Source of the DNA: an uncultured Opitutaceae bacterium
GTDB taxonomy: Bacteria > Verrucomicrobiota > Verrucomicrobiia > Opitutales > Opitutaceae
Length of the DNA stretch: 54,651 nucleotides
Direction of reading: 5' to 3'
Assembly (NCBI GenBank): GCA_963977295.1
Contig: CAXBOL010000001.1
Location: 1-54,651, forward strand
Positions 8,480-19,212 of this stretch are shown here, in pieces. Numbering within the stretch: position 1 is the first letter of the stretch; every line of letters starts with the position of its first letter. The position numbers were made by a program, and so were the translations under genes. The notes below the pieces were generated by a model that did not search any database, was not told the DNA's origin, and was given only the letters and a program-made list of their open reading frames with translations.

Positions 8480-9985
8480 TCAACGATTGTATTTCTGGTA
8501 GAAGGCCGCGATATCGCTGGTAAGTTGGCGACGACTGGATTCCCAGGTGTAGAACATGTGGCCGCCGGGATAGTGCTTCAGGGTGAGGTTCTCGCGTTGA
8601 GCCGGGGTGAGTCGCATGAGGGCGACGAGGCGGTCGGATGAGGTAAACGGGGTGACGAGGTCGTAGTAGCCATGGGTGATGTAAACGCCCATGTGATCGT
8701 TAAGGCTCATGCCGTAGCGCAGGTCGTCGACCGCACCGAATTGGCTTTGGAGGGCATGCTGTTGCTCGTCGTTCTTCCACGCCGTGTTCACCTGCATGCT
8801 CAGCAGTTTGTAGTCACGATCGGTCTTGAGGCCGATGTGCTGACGGAGTTGGGTGTTGATGCCGGAGGCAAAAACCCGTTCGAGGATGTGCAACGTCGGA
8901 TCGGGGGCATCAAGGGTGTCTTCTTCGTTGAAGGGATCCTGCACCGAAACCGAGGCGTCGTAGAGGCCGAGGTGGCGCCCGCGATCGCGCAGGAGATTTT
9001 TGGCGAAAAAGGTCAGGTCAACCCGCCCACCTTTGCGCACGACGGTCTCGCGGGGAAGGCCAATGTAATCGGCGGCGGCGTGGAGGGTGCGCTGGCGCTG
9101 GGCGGCACCGATGAGGTCGCCCATGGTGAGGAGCGGCATGAGCTCTTTGAGGGCGAAGTCACGGGCGCGTTGCGCGTAATCCAGCGGAGCTTCATCTGCC
9201 TTCGCTTTGCGGGCGAGGCCATGGGCGAGGGCCGCGGCGGCCATGGTGGGAAACACGTCGATCCAGGGCAGGACGTTGTAGTGGGTGGCATCGAGGAGAC
9301 CGAATTCGAGCGCCGGGGAGATGATAATCGCGCCGGCAAGCCCGATGCCGTAGTCCTTGGGCAAGAGTTTAGCCAGTTTCCCGACCCGGTAGCCGCCGTA
9401 GCTCTCGCCCGCGATGAAGACGGGGCTCTCCCAGCGGTGGTGAATTGAAAGCCAGGAGCGGACGAACTCGCCGATCGATTCGAGGTCCCGCTTGAGTCGC
9501 CAGTATTCGGAGGTGGGCTTGCCCGACTCGCCGTTTCCGGCGGAAGGGGCTGTTTTACCGTCCTTGGGCTTGTCCTCCTCAATCATCCGGCTGAGACCGG
9601 TTCCGATCGGATCGACAAAGACGAGGTCGGTGAAGGCGAGCCAGCTCTCTTCGTTTTCCGTGAGTTTCGGGGAGTTGGGAAGAGGAAGACCCTTGGGGTC
9701 GAGGTTAACCCGTTTCGGCCCCATGGCCCCCATGTGGAGGTAGACGGAGGACGCGCCGGGTCCGCCATTAAAAACGAAGGTGACCGGGCGGGAATCCTCC
9801 GCCCCGGTGTAGGCCGTGCAAAACATTTCGGCCGTGGGCTTGTCGTCCTTGCGCAGCAGAATCCACTGGGCTTCGGCGCGGTAGTCCAGGCTACGGTCGG
9901 CGAGCTTGAGAGTGAAATTCGCCGAGCTGCCGGGTGGGGCTTCGCGCGGCTTTTTATCGTCGAGGCTGGAGGGTTTTTCGGTCAT
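8480..9985 (-). CDS. Serine carboxypeptidase (peptidase S10 family)
   Basis: RPVTFVFNGGPGASS, DLVFVDPIGTGLS, GESYGG nucleophile, GYYDLVTP, YPGGHMFY. Confidence 0.93.
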   Translation of the reverse strand: MTEKPSSLDDKKPREAPPGSSANFTLKLADRSLDYRAEAQWILLRKDDKPTAEMFCTAYTGAEDSRPVTFVFNGGPGASSVYLHMGAMGPKRVNLDPKGLPLPNSPKLTENEESWLAFTDLVFVDPIGTGLSRMIEEDKPKDGKTAPSAGNGESGKPTSEYWRLKRDLESIGEFVRSWLSIHHRWESPVFIAGESYGGYRVGKLAKLLPKDYGIGLAGAIIISPALEFGLLDATHYNVLPWIDVFPTMAAAALAHGLARKAKADEAPLDYAQRARDFALKELMPLLTMGDLIGAAQRQRTLHAAADYIGLPRETVVRKGGRVDLTFFAKNLLRDRGRHLGLYDASVSVQDPFNEEDTLDAPDPTLHILERVFASGINTQLRQHIGLKTDRDYKLLSMQVNTAWKNDEQQHALQSQFGAVDDLRYGMSLNDHMGVYITHGYYDLVTPFTSSDRLVALMRLTPAQRENLTLKHYPGGHMFYTWESSRRQLTSDIAAFYQKYNR

Positions 9986-10090
9986 GAGTTCAGCCCTACC
10001 CCTCAATCGACAATCGGGAAACTCTAAATCGGCATTTCAGCAACATCTGCTTTCGATCTGGGTTGATTCGACTAGGGTCTCGTCTTTCGC

Positions 10091-12768
10091 ATGCCCGATT
10101 CCGCTCCGTCTGTTCCCTTTTCCGACCAACCCGAACTCCAACGCCTCGACCAAGACGCCCGTCAAGAGGTCTACTGGAAACGCTGGGGGCCTTACCTCGC
10201 CGACCGCCAATGGGGCACGGTGCGCGAGGACTATTCCGCCGATGGCGACGCGTGGAACGCCTTTCCGCATGATCAAGCCGCCGCCCGCGCCTACCGTTGG
10301 GGTGAGGATGGGCTGCTTGGCCTCACCGACGCAAAGGGTCGGCTGTGCTTCGGTCTGGCCCTCTGGAACGGCGCCGACCCCATTCTCAAAGAGCGCCTTT
10401 TCGGGCTCAACGGTCACGAGGGCAACCACGGCGAAGACGTCAAAGAGTGTTACTACCACCTCGAAAGCACCCCCACCCACAGCTGGATGCAGGCGCTCTA
10501 CAAATACCCGCAGGCCGCCTTCCCCTACGCTGAACTCGTCGCCGAAAACCAACGCCGCGACCGCACCCAGCCAGAGTATGAACTCGTCGACACCGGTGCC
10601 TTCGATGAGAACCGTTACTTCGATGTTTTTGTGCGCTATGCCAAGGCCGGCCCCAACGACATCCTGATCGAAATCGAAGCGGTAAACCGGGGCCCCGATA
10701 ATGCTCGTATTCATATCCTGCCTACGTGGTGGTATCGCAATTCCTGGACCTGGGGGTGCGCGCACGAGGGCTGCGAACTCAAGCCTCACCTCACCGCCAC
10801 CGGCCCCGGCCGCGTGGCGGGTCGACAAGACTCCTTGGGCGAGTGGTGCTTCGCCGTCGAAGACGCCCACGCCCCACTCTACTTCACCGACAACGAGACC
10901 AACTACGATCGCCTCTACGGTCAGCCCAACTGCACCCCCTACGTCAAGGACGCCTTCCATCGCCGCGTCGTTCACGGCGAAACGGATGCCGTAAATCCGG
11001 CGCAAAAAGGCACCAAGTTTACCGCCCATCACGAGATCGAACTCGCGCCCGGGGCCAGTCACGTCGTGCGTGCGCGTTTCGCCGCGGCCGAGGAAGCCCC
11101 CACCGCTGCCGCTGATTGGTTTGGTTCCTCGTTTGCGCGGATCATAAAGGCTCGTCGCACCGAATCGGAGCACTTTTATGCCACGCTGCCCGGGCGCCCC
11201 AACGATCCCGCTCGTGCCGCAGTCATCACGCAGGCTTACGCCGGCTTAAACAGTTCTACCACTACGTCGTCGCCGACTGGTTGAAGGGCGACAACAACGA
11301 ACCGCCACCACCCGCGGGACGGACGGCCATCCGCAATTCCGATTGGCGGCATCTCTACAACCGCACCGTCATCTCAATGCCCGACAAGTGGGAATACCCC
11401 TGGTTCGCCGCCTGGGATTTGGCGTTCCACATGATCCCATTTGCCCACGTCGATCCGCACTTCGCCAAACACCAGCTCAATCTCCTGATGCGGGAATGGT
11501 ATATGCACCCCAACGGACAAATTCCGGCTTACGAATGGAATTTCTCCGATGTGAATCCGCCCGTGCACGCGTGGGCTTGTTGGCGCGTCTACAAACTCAC
11601 CGGCACCCGCGGTAACCGCGACCGCACCTTCCTCGCCCGCACCTTTCAAAAGCTGCTCCTCAACTTCACTTGGTGGGTCAACCGCAAGGATCCCCGCGGC
11701 AACAACCTCTTCGCTGGAGGCTTCCTCGGTCTCGACAATATCGGGGTCTTTGACCGCTCCAAGGACCTGCCCATTGGCGGTTCCCTCGCCCAAGCCGATG
11801 GCACCGCGTGGATGGCCTTCTACTGCAGCACCATGCTCGCCATGGCGCTCGAACTCGCCGAATTTCAACCCGAATACGAGGACATCGCCTCCAAGTTCTT
11901 CGAGCACTTTGTTTCCATCGTCGATGCCATGAATGCTCTTGGGGGCGACGGTCTGTGGCACGAGGAGGACGGGTTTTATTACGATCAATACCTGCCCCCC
12001 GACGGTCCGCCTCAACCTCTCCGGGTGCGTTCCATGGTCGGTATCATTCCGCTCTTTGCCGTCGAGTTCATCGACGAGGATCGCCTTGACCAACTGCCCG
12101 GGTTTGCCAAACGCACGCGTTGGTTTTTGAAAAACCGCCCCGATCTCGCAAAACAGATTTCCTACGTGAGCAACGACGGGAAATCCACCGGACAACATTT
12201 GCTCGCCATCCCATCACGCGAGCGCCTCGAGCGCGTCTTACGCTATGTGTTCGATGAAGCCGAGTTCCTCTCCCCCTACGGTATTCGCTCCCTGTCCAAG
12301 GCGCACGCTGAGCATCCTTTTGTGATGGAAACCGGTGCCGAAAAACACTCGGTCGGCTACGTGCCGGGCGAGTCCGACTCGTTTATGTTCGGCGGCAACT
12401 CGAATTGGCGGGGCCCGGTCTGGTTCCCCCTGAACTATCTGCTCATCGAAGCCCTCGAGCGCTACCACCATTTCTACGGCGACGGGTTCACCATGGAATA
12501 TCCGAGGGGCAGCGGCACTCGACTCACCCTCAAAGCCATCGCCGACGACCTCTCCCAACGCCTCAACCACCTCTTCCTCCCCGACCCGCAGACCGGCCGC
12601 CGTCCGACCCACGGCGACGACGCCCGCTATGCCTCGGACCCGCACTGGAAGGACCTCGTGCTCTTCTACGAATACTTCCACGGCGACACCGGCCAAGGTC
12701 TCGGCGCCAGCCACCAAACCGGCTGGACCGCCCTCACCGCCCGCCTGCTGGAAAAACACTCCGAGTGA
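10091..12768 (+). pseudogene. MGH1-like / GH63-type glucosidase, split by a frameshift at about 11247
   Basis: First frame WKRWGPYLADRQWGTVREDYS...QAYAGL continues in the -1 frame as KQFYHY...SMPDKWEYPWFAAWDLAFH...FYEYFHGDTGQGLGASHQTGWT; the LW(S/T) I expect between AGL and KQFY is missing. Confidence 0.85.
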
Positions 12769-12839
12769 GAAACCCGTGAACAAACCGCGGGATCAAGCGA
12801 ACTTCCTGCCACCGTCGTCCGCAGGCTTCCCTTGATAAT

Positions 12840-12983
12840 AATCGCAATCGCTCGAGCAGAATAGAGTAGTAACAACGCCCAGCCGCCAAACACGTTATAG
12901 TTGAGCAGTGGTGTTTCTCATATCCTATTTTTGCGCCTCCGCGTCTTGGCGTTAACGTCTCGCGCCTAAATAACGTTGGGATA
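12840..12983. mobile_element. MITE-like inverted-repeat element, degenerate copy
   Basis: Left arm CGCAA-N14-TAGAGT, right arm (reverse complement) TATCCCAA-N14-GAGACG, inner AACGCCnAG..CTTGGCGTT; same geometry as the elements at 21730 and 48353. Confidence 0.45.
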
Positions 12984-12988
12984 ACTCC

Positions 12989-14320
12989 TCAGACCAAGCC
13001 ATGAAGATCGTAAACGGCGATGGGTTCGGACCCGCTCGCCAACGCGGCTCGGACCCCTGCATCGTCGTTGACCAAAACAACCAGGTCAGAGTCAGCGATC
13101 ACTCCATGCAAATCAGGGGTCAGCCTGTCGGCGATCTCCGGAATCCGCTGCCGCAACGGATGCTGCTCACTGGCATCGGCGTAAGCGACGACCTTCACCA
13201 AGGGATCGTAGATGCGCACTGACAATCCATCTTCCCGCAACCGAACAATAATATCCACGATCGGGCTTTCCCTCACATCGTCGGTTCCGGTTTTAAAGGC
13301 CAAGCCGAGGATTCCGATCCGACTCACGCCATAGGCCCGGATCCGACGGTATATCGTGTCTTTATGGTGCTCGTTACTAGGGGAGATGGCGGTGAGCACT
13401 GGACTCGTCAGATCGTAAGTGCGGACCATCGCACAGAGTGCTCGCACGTCCTTCGGCAAACAGGATCCACCAAAAGCAGAACCGGGCTTCAAGTAAGCAC
13501 TGGACAGATTGAGTTTTGTATCGCGGCAGAAAACGTCCATCAAGCTCCGCGCATTGACTCCCAGTTTTTCGCACAGATTTCCGACCTCGTTGGCGAACGT
13601 GACTTTCAGAGCATGGAAGCTGTTGCAGGTATACTTCAACAATTCGGCCGACCGGGGTTCGAGAATTTCGAGGGGCGCTTCCACACGACCGTAGACTTTT
13701 CGCAACACGGAGACGGCCCAGTCGCACTCGGTGCCCAGCACGATGAACGCCGGTCGATTAAAGTCGGCTACCGCACACCCTTCCCGTAAAAACTCTGGAT
13801 TCGACACCACGGCAAAATCCTCTTCAGGACGCCGACCGGACACTCGGGCCACGACCGCGGTGACCTCCGCATTCGTGCCAGGAGGCACGGTAGAGCGAAG
13901 TGCAATCACGTGCCGCCCCTCCTTGGCTGCCAAACCAAGACCAATTTCCTCCGCTACTTTGAGAATCGCGGTCAGGTCGGCGGTTCCGTCGGGGAGCGAC
14001 GGAGTCCCCACGCAAACTAACGAAACCTCAGTTTGAGCTATCGCAATCCGACTGTCGGTCGTCGCAGAAATACTTCCGGCCGCTAGGGCAACCTTCATCA
14101 TGGACTTGAGTCCCTTTTCCTCCACCGTCGGTCTACCGGCGTTCACGTCGTCCACTTTAGTGGCCCACGGGTCCACCCCAATCACCCGGTGCCCATGTGC
14201 GGCAAGGCACGCCAAATCCACGCAGCCCACGTGACCCAATCCAAATATACTAATCGAAGTATGTGCCTCGGCGGTCAATGTTCGCAACCATCCTCTAAGA
14301 TTCGGATGCCGCAACGCCAA
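12989..14320 (-). CDS. algD: GDP-mannose 6-dehydrogenase-like (UDP-glucose/GDP-mannose dehydrogenase family)
   Basis: ISIFGLGHVG, CVGTPS, RSTVPPGT, NPEFLREG, KYTCNSFHALKVTFANE, KLNLS, FGGSCLPKDVRAL, GLAFKTGTDDVRESP; TTG start uncertain. Confidence 0.88.
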   Translation of the reverse strand: MALRHPNLRGWLRTLTAEAHTSISIFGLGHVGCVDLACLAAHGHRVIGVDPWATKVDDVNAGRPTVEEKGLKSMMKVALAAGSISATTDSRIAIAQTEVSLVCVGTPSLPDGTADLTAILKVAEEIGLGLAAKEGRHVIALRSTVPPGTNAEVTAVVARVSGRRPEEDFAVVSNPEFLREGCAVADFNRPAFIVLGTECDWAVSVLRKVYGRVEAPLEILEPRSAELLKYTCNSFHALKVTFANEVGNLCEKLGVNARSLMDVFCRDTKLNLSSAYLKPGSAFGGSCLPKDVRALCAMVRTYDLTSPVLTAISPSNEHHKDTIYRRIRAYGVSRIGILGLAFKTGTDDVRESPIVDIIVRLREDGLSVRIYDPLVKVVAYADASEQHPLRQRIPEIADRLTPDLHGVIADSDLVVLVNDDAGVRAALASGSEPIAVYDLHGLV

Positions 14321-14499
14321 TCTCGCCCCCCTGGCGCTCGTGGCAGGATATGTTCCAAGCAGTTCGATAGCTATCCACCACGATTCGGGCTACTCAATCG
14401 GATTGAAAAGAAACTGGCTTCAGGGAGACGGGGCCTCTCGGATAAGCGAGCATGTCTCTCAATTCAACGTGGTTCTGAAATCTGCTGACCCCATCACCG

Positions 14500-15720
14500 A
14501 TGCCCGATACCACCTCCATCGATGAAATTCCACCCCGCCGACGGAAGCGCTATGGGCTCCTCCTTGACACCTGGCCGCGGCCGGGGGTGGCAGGCGGGGT
14601 ATCTTCAAACTTCCGGCACGTCGCCAACGCCCTACACGAACGAGGTCAGCTTCATTCCGTGTGGATCATCGATCAGCATCGCCCCTTTTGGTGGCCCGAC
14701 GAGCTGGAGCCCGATGTGCCTTACCGCGTTGTTCGCGTCAGTTGCAGTTGGGGCGGATTTTTACGGGGCGGCGGTCGGATCGGACGCGTGGTGACCGCCG
14801 CAATCAAAATCGCGATCCGACTTACTCAGGAGCACGACCGCCTGGATCGCATCGTGGCCACCAACTATTGTGGACTCACCGGCATATATACCCATCTACC
14901 CTGGGCGCACCGGGTGTTGGTCCGCGTGAGCACCACCACGGAGCAAGTGGATCATTTCAACACCGGTTCAGCACCCGCGCCCAACGCCCTGTCAAACCGC
15001 CTCCTGGCCTCGTGGGAATACTTCGCCATTCGGCAAGCCCCACTCCTCGCCTCGCATACTGTAAAACACATTCGATGGCTGGTAAATCGGCTCCGACTAC
15101 CCCCGCACCGGTTTGCCTATGTGCCCCACGGCATGCCCATCGGAAGGCCTCTCGCCCGACCTGCGACCCGACCCCGAACCCTGATATTTCTCGGACGAAT
15201 CGAACGCCGCAAGGGCTGTGACGTCTTGATCAAAGCCTTGCCCCTTCTTTTGGCCGCCGCGCCCGACGTGCGCTTCGTCATGATCGGACGAGATGATGAT
15301 GACTACGAAAGCCACATCGACCCCGCGGTGCGTATTCAGCTTGCGGATCGACTTGTTTTTACGGGGACGGTTTCGGATGAGGAACGGGATCGGTGGCTGG
15401 AGCGTTGCTATGCTTTGGTTTCACCGGCCCGCTACGAGTCGTTCGGATTGACCTATTTGGAAGCGATGGCCCGTGGTAAGCCCGTCATCGGGTGCACCGG
15501 AAGCGGCTCCCAGGAAGTCATCGGAGGCGGTGGTTTGGTGGTGGCACCGGGTGAAGTCGAACCTCTGGTCGACGCCATGATCCAATTGCTCGAAGACGAA
15601 GCGCTCTACGACAAGTTGGTCCTTGGGGCTCTGCAGCAGGCCAAGGGATTCGATGTGAGTGAAACCGTGCGCTGTCTCGACGCCGCGTTTACCAGCGCAG
15701 AACAGTTGCCAGTCATTTGA
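14500..15720 (+). CDS. Glycosyltransferase family 4
   Basis: AGGVS, VPHGM, FLGRIERRKG, ESFGLTYLEAMARGKPVI (E-x7-E). Confidence 0.92.
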   Translation: MPDTTSIDEIPPRRRKRYGLLLDTWPRPGVAGGVSSNFRHVANALHERGQLHSVWIIDQHRPFWWPDELEPDVPYRVVRVSCSWGGFLRGGGRIGRVVTAAIKIAIRLTQEHDRLDRIVATNYCGLTGIYTHLPWAHRVLVRVSTTTEQVDHFNTGSAPAPNALSNRLLASWEYFAIRQAPLLASHTVKHIRWLVNRLRLPPHRFAYVPHGMPIGRPLARPATRPRTLIFLGRIERRKGCDVLIKALPLLLAAAPDVRFVMIGRDDDDYESHIDPAVRIQLADRLVFTGTVSDEERDRWLERCYALVSPARYESFGLTYLEAMARGKPVIGCTGSGSQEVIGGGGLVVAPGEVEPLVDAMIQLLEDEALYDKLVLGALQQAKGFDVSETVRCLDAAFTSAEQLPVI

Positions 15721-16027
15721 ACTCAAATGCGGCCGTCGAAGTGGGCCACCGAGACCACGCGGTTTGGGTAGAGTTCTCCAAACGATCACTCCGAGATCAA
15801 TCTTTGGGTGACTCGCTTTCCCTTTCGGGGTGCAGATATATGCGCCCTGGTTTCTTCGCTTAACCTCGGTGAAACTCCGGTTTGCCTCGGTGTCCTCTGT
15901 GACTCACTACGGTTTCCGGGACCAGTCTGACTTTGCTGCCTGATCGGCTCAGCGTTTACCAGAGTCCAGTTTGATCGAGCTCAGGATCTTGGCTGGATCG
16001 ATGGATATTCCTCCTCACCACTGGATT

Positions 16028-16516
16028 TCAAACCTCGCTCCGAGCCCACCTCAGCACGCCACGGCAGCCGTCTTCGAGCAAGTCGAGCACATGGTCAAAA
16101 CCTTGCGGGCCGCCGTAGTAGGGGTCGGGCACTTCAGTCTCATCGTGGTCTTCGCAGAACGAACAAAAGGGTCGCACCCGCGCTCGCTGGACCTCTGTGC
16201 TCGCGAGGTTGAGCACGTTGCGTCGGTTATCCTCGTCCATCGTCAGGATGAGGTCGAACTGATCCAGATCTTCCACCACAACTTTTCGCGCCCGGCTGGT
16301 GAGATCGTAGCCTCGCTGGGCTGCCGCGGCCCGCATCCGCGAGTCCGCCGGATGCCCCGCGTGCATGCCGATGGTGCCGGCCGAATCGACTTCGATGCAA
16401 TCACCCAAGCCTGCCTCCACCACCATCTTGGTGAATACGCCTTCGCCTGCTGGCGAACGACAGATATTGCCCATGCAGACAAATAGGACGCGGACGAGGG
16501 AATGAGGGGCATTCAT
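16028..16516 (-). CDS. Low-molecular-weight protein-tyrosine phosphatase
   Basis: VLFVCMGNICRSP P-loop, DSAGT, VPDPYYG; ATG at 16516. Confidence 0.95.
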   Translation of the reverse strand: MNAPHSLVRVLFVCMGNICRSPAGEGVFTKMVVEAGLGDCIEVDSAGTIGMHAGHPADSRMRAAAAQRGYDLTSRARKVVVEDLDQFDLILTMDEDNRRNVLNLASTEVQRARVRPFCSFCEDHDETEVPDPYYGGPQGFDHVLDLLEDGCRGVLRWARSEV

Positions 16517-16738
16517 GAGACGATGCTTAAACAAATTAATAGAGAGAGGGTTCACGCCACGCGGACTCGAACCTCGCGACGCACAAACGGGGGCTTGTAA
16601 CAAGGCCTTCGACGCCGCGGCACGACCAAGCGTTCAACAATTTCCCGATCGAGGCAGTTCCCACCCCCCAAATAGCCCGGATCATCCTTGGACAGGACAG
16701 AATTGACCTCCGGAACATGAATCATTGGAGTGACCGGC

Positions 16739-17179
16739 ATGACGAATCCTACCCCGCCGTCGTCCGCCTCCACCCCGTGGCACCTTTGGGTGGTCGGCGG
16801 ACTCTCCTTCCTGTGGAACGCCGGTGGTGCGTTCGACTTTCTCATGACGCAGACGCGCAACGAGGCCTACATGGCCGCGTTCACCCCCGAACAGTTGGAG
16901 TATTTCTATGGGTTCCCGCTGTGGGCGGTATTCACGTGGGGAATCGCCACTTGGGGCAGCCTGCTGGGCTCCCTCCTGCTCCTCTTGCGCAAGGGCCTCG
17001 CGGTGAGCGTATTCATCGCGTCCTTCGTCTGCCTCGTGCTCACCTCGATTCAAAACTTTGTGCTCTCCGACGGGCTCGAAATCATCGGCGCCATCATCTT
17101 CAGCGCCGCGATTTTCGTCATTGGCCTCCTCTTGATCGTCTACGCCCGAGCTATGCGCGCTCGTGAAGTGCTGCGGTAA
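16739..17179 (+). CDS. Hypothetical 4-TM membrane protein
   Basis: TPWHLWVVG..LWNAGGAFDF start and four hydrophobic segments. Confidence 0.8.
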   Translation: MTNPTPPSSASTPWHLWVVGGLSFLWNAGGAFDFLMTQTRNEAYMAAFTPEQLEYFYGFPLWAVFTWGIATWGSLLGSLLLLLRKGLAVSVFIASFVCLVLTSIQNFVLSDGLEIIGAIIFSAAIFVIGLLLIVYARAMRAREVLR

Positions 17180-17206
17180 CGACGGAGACCAAAATTGTCC
17201 TTCGCT

Positions 17207-19078
17207 TCAGGGCACCAACCCCGGGTCCAAGTCCACCCGATCTCCCAGCTGCAATGCGCTGAGGTGCCGATAGAGACCGTCCGGTTTTGCCGACAACTCC
17301 TCGTGGTTACCCAGCTCAACGATTCGCCCTGTATCGATGACTGCGATACGATCTGCCGTGCGGATGGTCGAGAGCCGGTGCGCCACGATAAAGGTCGTCC
17401 GCCCTTGCATTAATCCTTCGAGCGCGAGCTGGACCAGTCGCTCACTTTCGCTGTCCAGCGAGCTGGTGGCTTCGTCAAGGATGAGGATCGCCGGGTTCTT
17501 CAGAATGGCCCGCGCGATCGCGATGCGTTGCCGTTGCCCCCCCGAGAGTTTGATCCCGCGATCGCCCACCAACGTCGCATAGCCTTCCGGAAACCCCGTG
17601 ATGAACTCGTCGGCGTTGGCCTGTCGCGCGGCGGCCCGCACGTCGGCCTCACTCGCCCCCGGCCGACCGTAAACGATGTTCTCGGCAATCGACCCGCCAA
17701 AGAGCGTGACGTCCTGCGGCACGATTGCCATCTGTCCGCGCAACCAAGTGAGGGGATAAGAGTGGGCTGGCTTGCCGTCGATCAGCAGTTGACCCGCCTC
17801 CAATTCGTAAAACCGCAGTAACAGCGCCGTGATGGTGGATTTTCCCGCCCCACTCGGCCCGACCAAGGCAATCCGCTCACCGGGCTGGGCCGACAAGGTG
17901 ATATCGCGCAACACCGGAATCTCTGGCCGTGAGGGATACCGAAAACTCACGCCTGCAAACGCCACTTCCCCTCGTAATCGGGCGGGCAAATCGGTCGCCG
18001 CAGCGGCAGATGCCATGTCGGAATCAATCTCAGTCGGTTCGCGCAACAACTCCCGCACCCGTTGCGTGGCGCCAACCGTTTTTTGAATCTGGCTGAACAA
18101 TTCCGCCGATTGCCCCATCGCCCCCGCCACAAACGTTGTGTAGAGCACAAACCGCGTCAGTTCGCCCGGACTGATGCCGCCCCGCTGCATCAACGTCGCG
18201 CCAAACCACAGCACGATCACAATGCCGCCAAACAGCGCGGCGATAAAGAACGCTACAAACACCGCCCTCCACCGGGCGGCCCCCAGCGCGGCTGCCAGCA
18301 CCCGCTGATTAGCCTGCCGATAACGCCCCAACTCAAACGCTTCGTTGGCAAAGGCCTTCACACTGGCAATCGCCTGCAGGGTTTCCTCCACGATCGTATT
18401 CGTCGCCGCCAGTTGATCCTGCGTCTCGCGCGAATAGTGCCGCAATCGCCGCCCCACAAACACCGCCGCCGCAATCAACACTGGCAACGTGCCCAACATC
18501 ACGGCGGTGAGGCGCCCTGACGTCAGCGCGATCATCGTCACACCTCCCAACAGAAACACGGTCTGCCGGCACAATTGCGGTAGGGCATCGATCAACGCCC
18601 CCTCAATCTGCGCCACATCGGTCGACACCCGACTTGTGAGCTCACCCACCCGATGGCGCGAAAAATAGGCCATGGGGAATCCGATTAACCGGCTGTAGCA
18701 ATCGCGCCGTAAATCGGCCAACGCGCTTTGCCCCACCCGATTGAAGGCCAGCGAACTGTTGCAGGAGCACAAGGCCTGCATCACGACCGACCCCGCCATC
18801 AACAGCGCGATTTGATTCAGACTCAGCACCCCAAAGACCGGCAACGCCGACACCCCCGGTCGCATCGCCGCATCAACCACATACCCGGCCAGCAGCGGAA
18901 ACGCCAACCCCAGCGTCGCGCTGGCAAACAGCGTGGCCATGCCCGACAAAAAACGCCCCCGATACGGTCGCAAATACTGCGTCAGCGCAAAGGCCTCCCG
19001 CAATGTCTCGCGGTTGAGCGGAGCCTTCGGCAGGCGATCGAGCGCGTGTTCCTCATCGGAAGATTGTGAGCGGGACAT
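17207..19078 (-). CDS. ABC exporter, fused permease/ATPase (MsbA-like fold)
   Basis: TM domain, Walker A GPSGAGKS, LSGGQRQR, ILILDEATSSLD, AHRLST; ATG at 19078. Confidence 0.95.
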   Translation of the reverse strand: MSRSQSSDEEHALDRLPKAPLNRETLREAFALTQYLRPYRGRFLSGMATLFASATLGLAFPLLAGYVVDAAMRPGVSALPVFGVLSLNQIALLMAGSVVMQALCSCNSSLAFNRVGQSALADLRRDCYSRLIGFPMAYFSRHRVGELTSRVSTDVAQIEGALIDALPQLCRQTVFLLGGVTMIALTSGRLTAVMLGTLPVLIAAAVFVGRRLRHYSRETQDQLAATNTIVEETLQAIASVKAFANEAFELGRYRQANQRVLAAALGAARWRAVFVAFFIAALFGGIVIVLWFGATLMQRGGISPGELTRFVLYTTFVAGAMGQSAELFSQIQKTVGATQRVRELLREPTEIDSDMASAAAATDLPARLRGEVAFAGVSFRYPSRPEIPVLRDITLSAQPGERIALVGPSGAGKSTITALLLRFYELEAGQLLIDGKPAHSYPLTWLRGQMAIVPQDVTLFGGSIAENIVYGRPGASEADVRAAARQANADEFITGFPEGYATLVGDRGIKLSGGQRQRIAIARAILKNPAILILDEATSSLDSESERLVQLALEGLMQGRTTFIVAHRLSTIRTADRIAVIDTGRIVELGNHEELSAKPDGLYRHLSALQLGDRVDLDPGLVP

Positions 19079-19212
19079 GAAAGCGAACTGTGCCCTGCCC
19101 GCGCCAAACATCAAGCGGCATGCCGAAAGACCTTCCCGTCCCCCATGCAACGTCGATTTCTGGCCGCGTCACCTGCTTGCCGTCTCCTGTAATCGTGACT
19201 CATTGTGCCCGC

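Noticed and set aside
10037-11173. 378-aa antisense ORF, and similar long shadow ORFs such as 44366-45451, 8672-9448 and 47528-48349
   Set aside because: They lie opposite well-supported genes, carry no motifs and are expected from high-GC codon bias
11245-11251. Programmed -1 frameshift at C-TTA-AAC
   Set aside because: Imperfect slippery heptamer, and slippage would not restore the missing conserved LW(S/T) residues; a deletion or assembly error is simpler
16028-16516. LMW-PTP as Wzb of a capsule locus with algD/GT4
   Set aside because: No Wzc/Wza nearby, and it converges on the GT4 gene across a repeat-containing gap
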